Shown piece by piece: positions 62,489-64,000 of a stretch of DNA of 64,000 bases. Source of the DNA: a phage; the sequence record PZ386970.1. The stretch is one strand, 5' to 3'. The first letter of the stretch is position 1; each line of letters starts with the position of its first letter. The translations under genes were made by a program, and so were the position numbers. The notes under the pieces are model-generated. The model was not told the DNA's origin and ran no database searches. It saw only the letters and a program-made list of their open reading frames with translations.

Positions 62489-62949
62489 TAGTAAAGGTCC
62501 TCAGAGTAAAGTTCTTTTTCATTACCACCACGTTCAATACGTACTTGTCCAGCGTAAGTTGCAATAATCATTGCTTCTTCACGTGTCCAATAATTACTAT
62601 ATTGGTCAATAAACCCTTGGTCATCATCACAAACTTGTTGAGTAACTAATTGAGGTTTAACTACATCTAAAACTTCTGCCATATCTTTAGAATAATGACG
62701 AGCACCTGGAATAATAAGAGTTCGTCCATCTTTTAATTTAAAACGGTTGGCTGCACAGACAATTCGTCGTTGATACTTTTGGTTTTCATCCCAATACAAA
62801 GTCTGCCAACAGATTTCAGGAACTTCATCTAAAACATTTTGTTCTGTATATTCACCACCATAAGAAGCTAATTTGGCAGCCAGACTTTCCGGGGTCTCAC
62901 GCGACAAAGCTTTATCTAACAGAGCTAAACGTTCTTTAAAAGTTTTCAT
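62488..62949 (-). CDS. Hypothetical protein
   Basis: 153-aa ORF coupled to neighbours. Confidence 0.5.
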   Translation of the reverse strand: MKTFKERLALLDKALSRETPESLAAKLASYGGEYTEQNVLDEVPEICWQTLYWDENQKYQRRIVCAANRFKLKDGRTLIIPGARHYSKDMAEVLDVVKPQLVTQQVCDDDQGFIDQYSNYWTREEAMIIATYAGQVRIERGGNEKELYSEDLY

Positions 62950-63290
62950 TTAAACCATCCTTTAATACGTTGCCACAAAGTTTTCTGCTGAGCTTTGTTA
63001 ACACCAATTGAACGAATAACCGGTTGTGACTGCTGATATTCTTTATAATCTTCTTTATAGATTTCGTAAGCTGCATCAACAAATGAACTGATCGCTGCCA
63101 TGTAGTTTTTACGTATACCGCCAGGAGCTACTCCATTAGGGAATTCAGAATTTTCGCGAATAATTAAATATAGCCCAGCTCTAACTTTAACGATAGTTCC
63201 AAGATAAGCCCCGTGGTACCAAATATCCCATCCTTCCTGAGTAGGTTCTGCACATTTACGAAGTTCGTTAATAATATTCAGCTTATTCAT
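62946..63290 (-). CDS. Hypothetical protein
   Basis: 114-aa ORF. Confidence 0.45.
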   Translation of the reverse strand: MNKLNIINELRKCAEPTQEGWDIWYHGAYLGTIVKVRAGLYLIIRENSEFPNGVAPGGIRKNYMAAISSFVDAAYEIYKEDYKEYQQSQPVIRSIGVNKAQQKTLWQRIKGWFK

Positions 63291-63300
63291 TATGTATTCC

Positions 63301-63933
63301 TCACAGTACGTTAGTTACAAGGGTAATGATTTCTTTGGACACATTAGGGAAGTCAATGTAAGTATATTTACCACCGATTTTAATCTTAACATCATTTTCA
63401 AGAGAAGTAAACAGCTTTGATTCAGTTTCTGACATGTTGTATGCAAAGATTCTAAGAGCGCCATCTCGTCGAATTTCAATTTGGCGAATACCTAGAACTC
63501 GTTTTGCAAATCGAACTTCTAAGTTACTACGGTTTTCACCAATTTCTTTAACTTCAACTTTATCTTTAATATTTTCAAAAACAAAGTTTGCTAGTTCATG
63601 CATTTCAGGAGTAACTCCACGTGCTTTTCTAGTGTTACGTTTCTGAAGAAGTTCTGGAGCATTTTCTTGGGCAAAGAGGTCTGCAGCTTTTTGGATAATA
63701 TCCATTGCTTCGCCTGTTGCTACAAGTCCATCACCGGATTTTTCGACTAAACCTTTCTTAATCAATACACCAATGTTAGAGTTAACAACTGATGCATTGT
63801 ATTCTGCTTCCAGAGCTTCACGGACATTGGCAGCAGTGGTGAAGTTGTTCTTAATGATATAAACCATTATTGCAGCAGTTTTTTCATTCAGAGCGTTTTC
63901 AGAAGCTTTGATGATGTAAGTAACTTTAGACAT
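63301..63933 (-). CDS. motA: MotA middle-transcription activator
   Basis: 210-aa ORF (T4 MotA 211 aa); MSKVTYIIKAS... and NSNIGVLIKKGLVEKSGDGL match T4 MotA from memory; early promoter motif upstream. Confidence 0.85.
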   Translation of the reverse strand: MSKVTYIIKASENALNEKTAAIMVYIIKNNFTTAANVREALEAEYNASVVNSNIGVLIKKGLVEKSGDGLVATGEAMDIIQKAADLFAQENAPELLQKRNTRKARGVTPEMHELANFVFENIKDKVEVKEIGENRSNLEVRFAKRVLGIRQIEIRRDGALRIFAYNMSETESKLFTSLENDVKIKIGGKYTYIDFPNVSKEIITLVTNVL

Positions 63934-63970
63934 TTTATTTCTCCAAATTAGTATTTGTTTTGATAGGTCT

Positions 63971-63999
63971 ATAATATCATGTTTGAAGCAAAAGTAAAC
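63971..63999 (-). promoter_or_regulatory. Early sigma70-type promoter (GTTTAC-N17-TATTAT) for motA
   Basis: Minus-strand GTTTACTTTTGCTTCAAACATGATATTATAGACC; member of the conserved motif family in this window. Confidence 0.5.
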
Positions 64000-64000
64000 T

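Overview
This window is a contiguous ~64 kb segment of a T4-like (T-even, Tequatrovirus-type) myovirus genome. Gene order is collinear with the T4 reference map as I recall it: large terminase 17, tail sheath/tube 18-19, portal 20, prohead core/protease 67-68-21-22, major capsid 23, vertex 24, rnlB, hoc, inh, uvsW, uvsY, baseplate 25-26-51-27-28-29-48-54, alt, DNA ligase 30 and the 30.x accessory block, rIII, 31, cd, pseT, spanins, alc, rnlA, denA, nrdB, nrdA, td, frd, 32, 59, 33, dsbA, rnh, long tail fibre 34-38, holin t, asiA, arn-like and motA. Protein sequences are clearly diverged from T4 itself, so this is a relative rather than T4. Late genes lie on the + strand behind TATAAATA late promoters; early and middle genes lie on the - strand behind a conserved GTTTAC-N17/18-TAnTAT-AGAC motif and a MotA-box promoter at uvsY. 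No tRNA, rRNA, CRISPR array, integrase or transposase was found. The most unusual content is a full-length class I DAHP synthase (AroG/F/H family) translationally coupled upstream of dCMP deaminase inside the nucleotide-metabolism block, which I do not recall in canonical T4. Other points of interest are a NADAR/YbiA-like protein and a HAD phosphatase beside DNA ligase and Alt, a reverse-strand ORF with its own promoter in the 23/24 gap, several unassignable accessory ORFs, and apparently intron-free nrdB and td with no seg-type endonuclease genes at the loci where T4 carries them. All homology calls are from reading the translations against memory; no database search was run.
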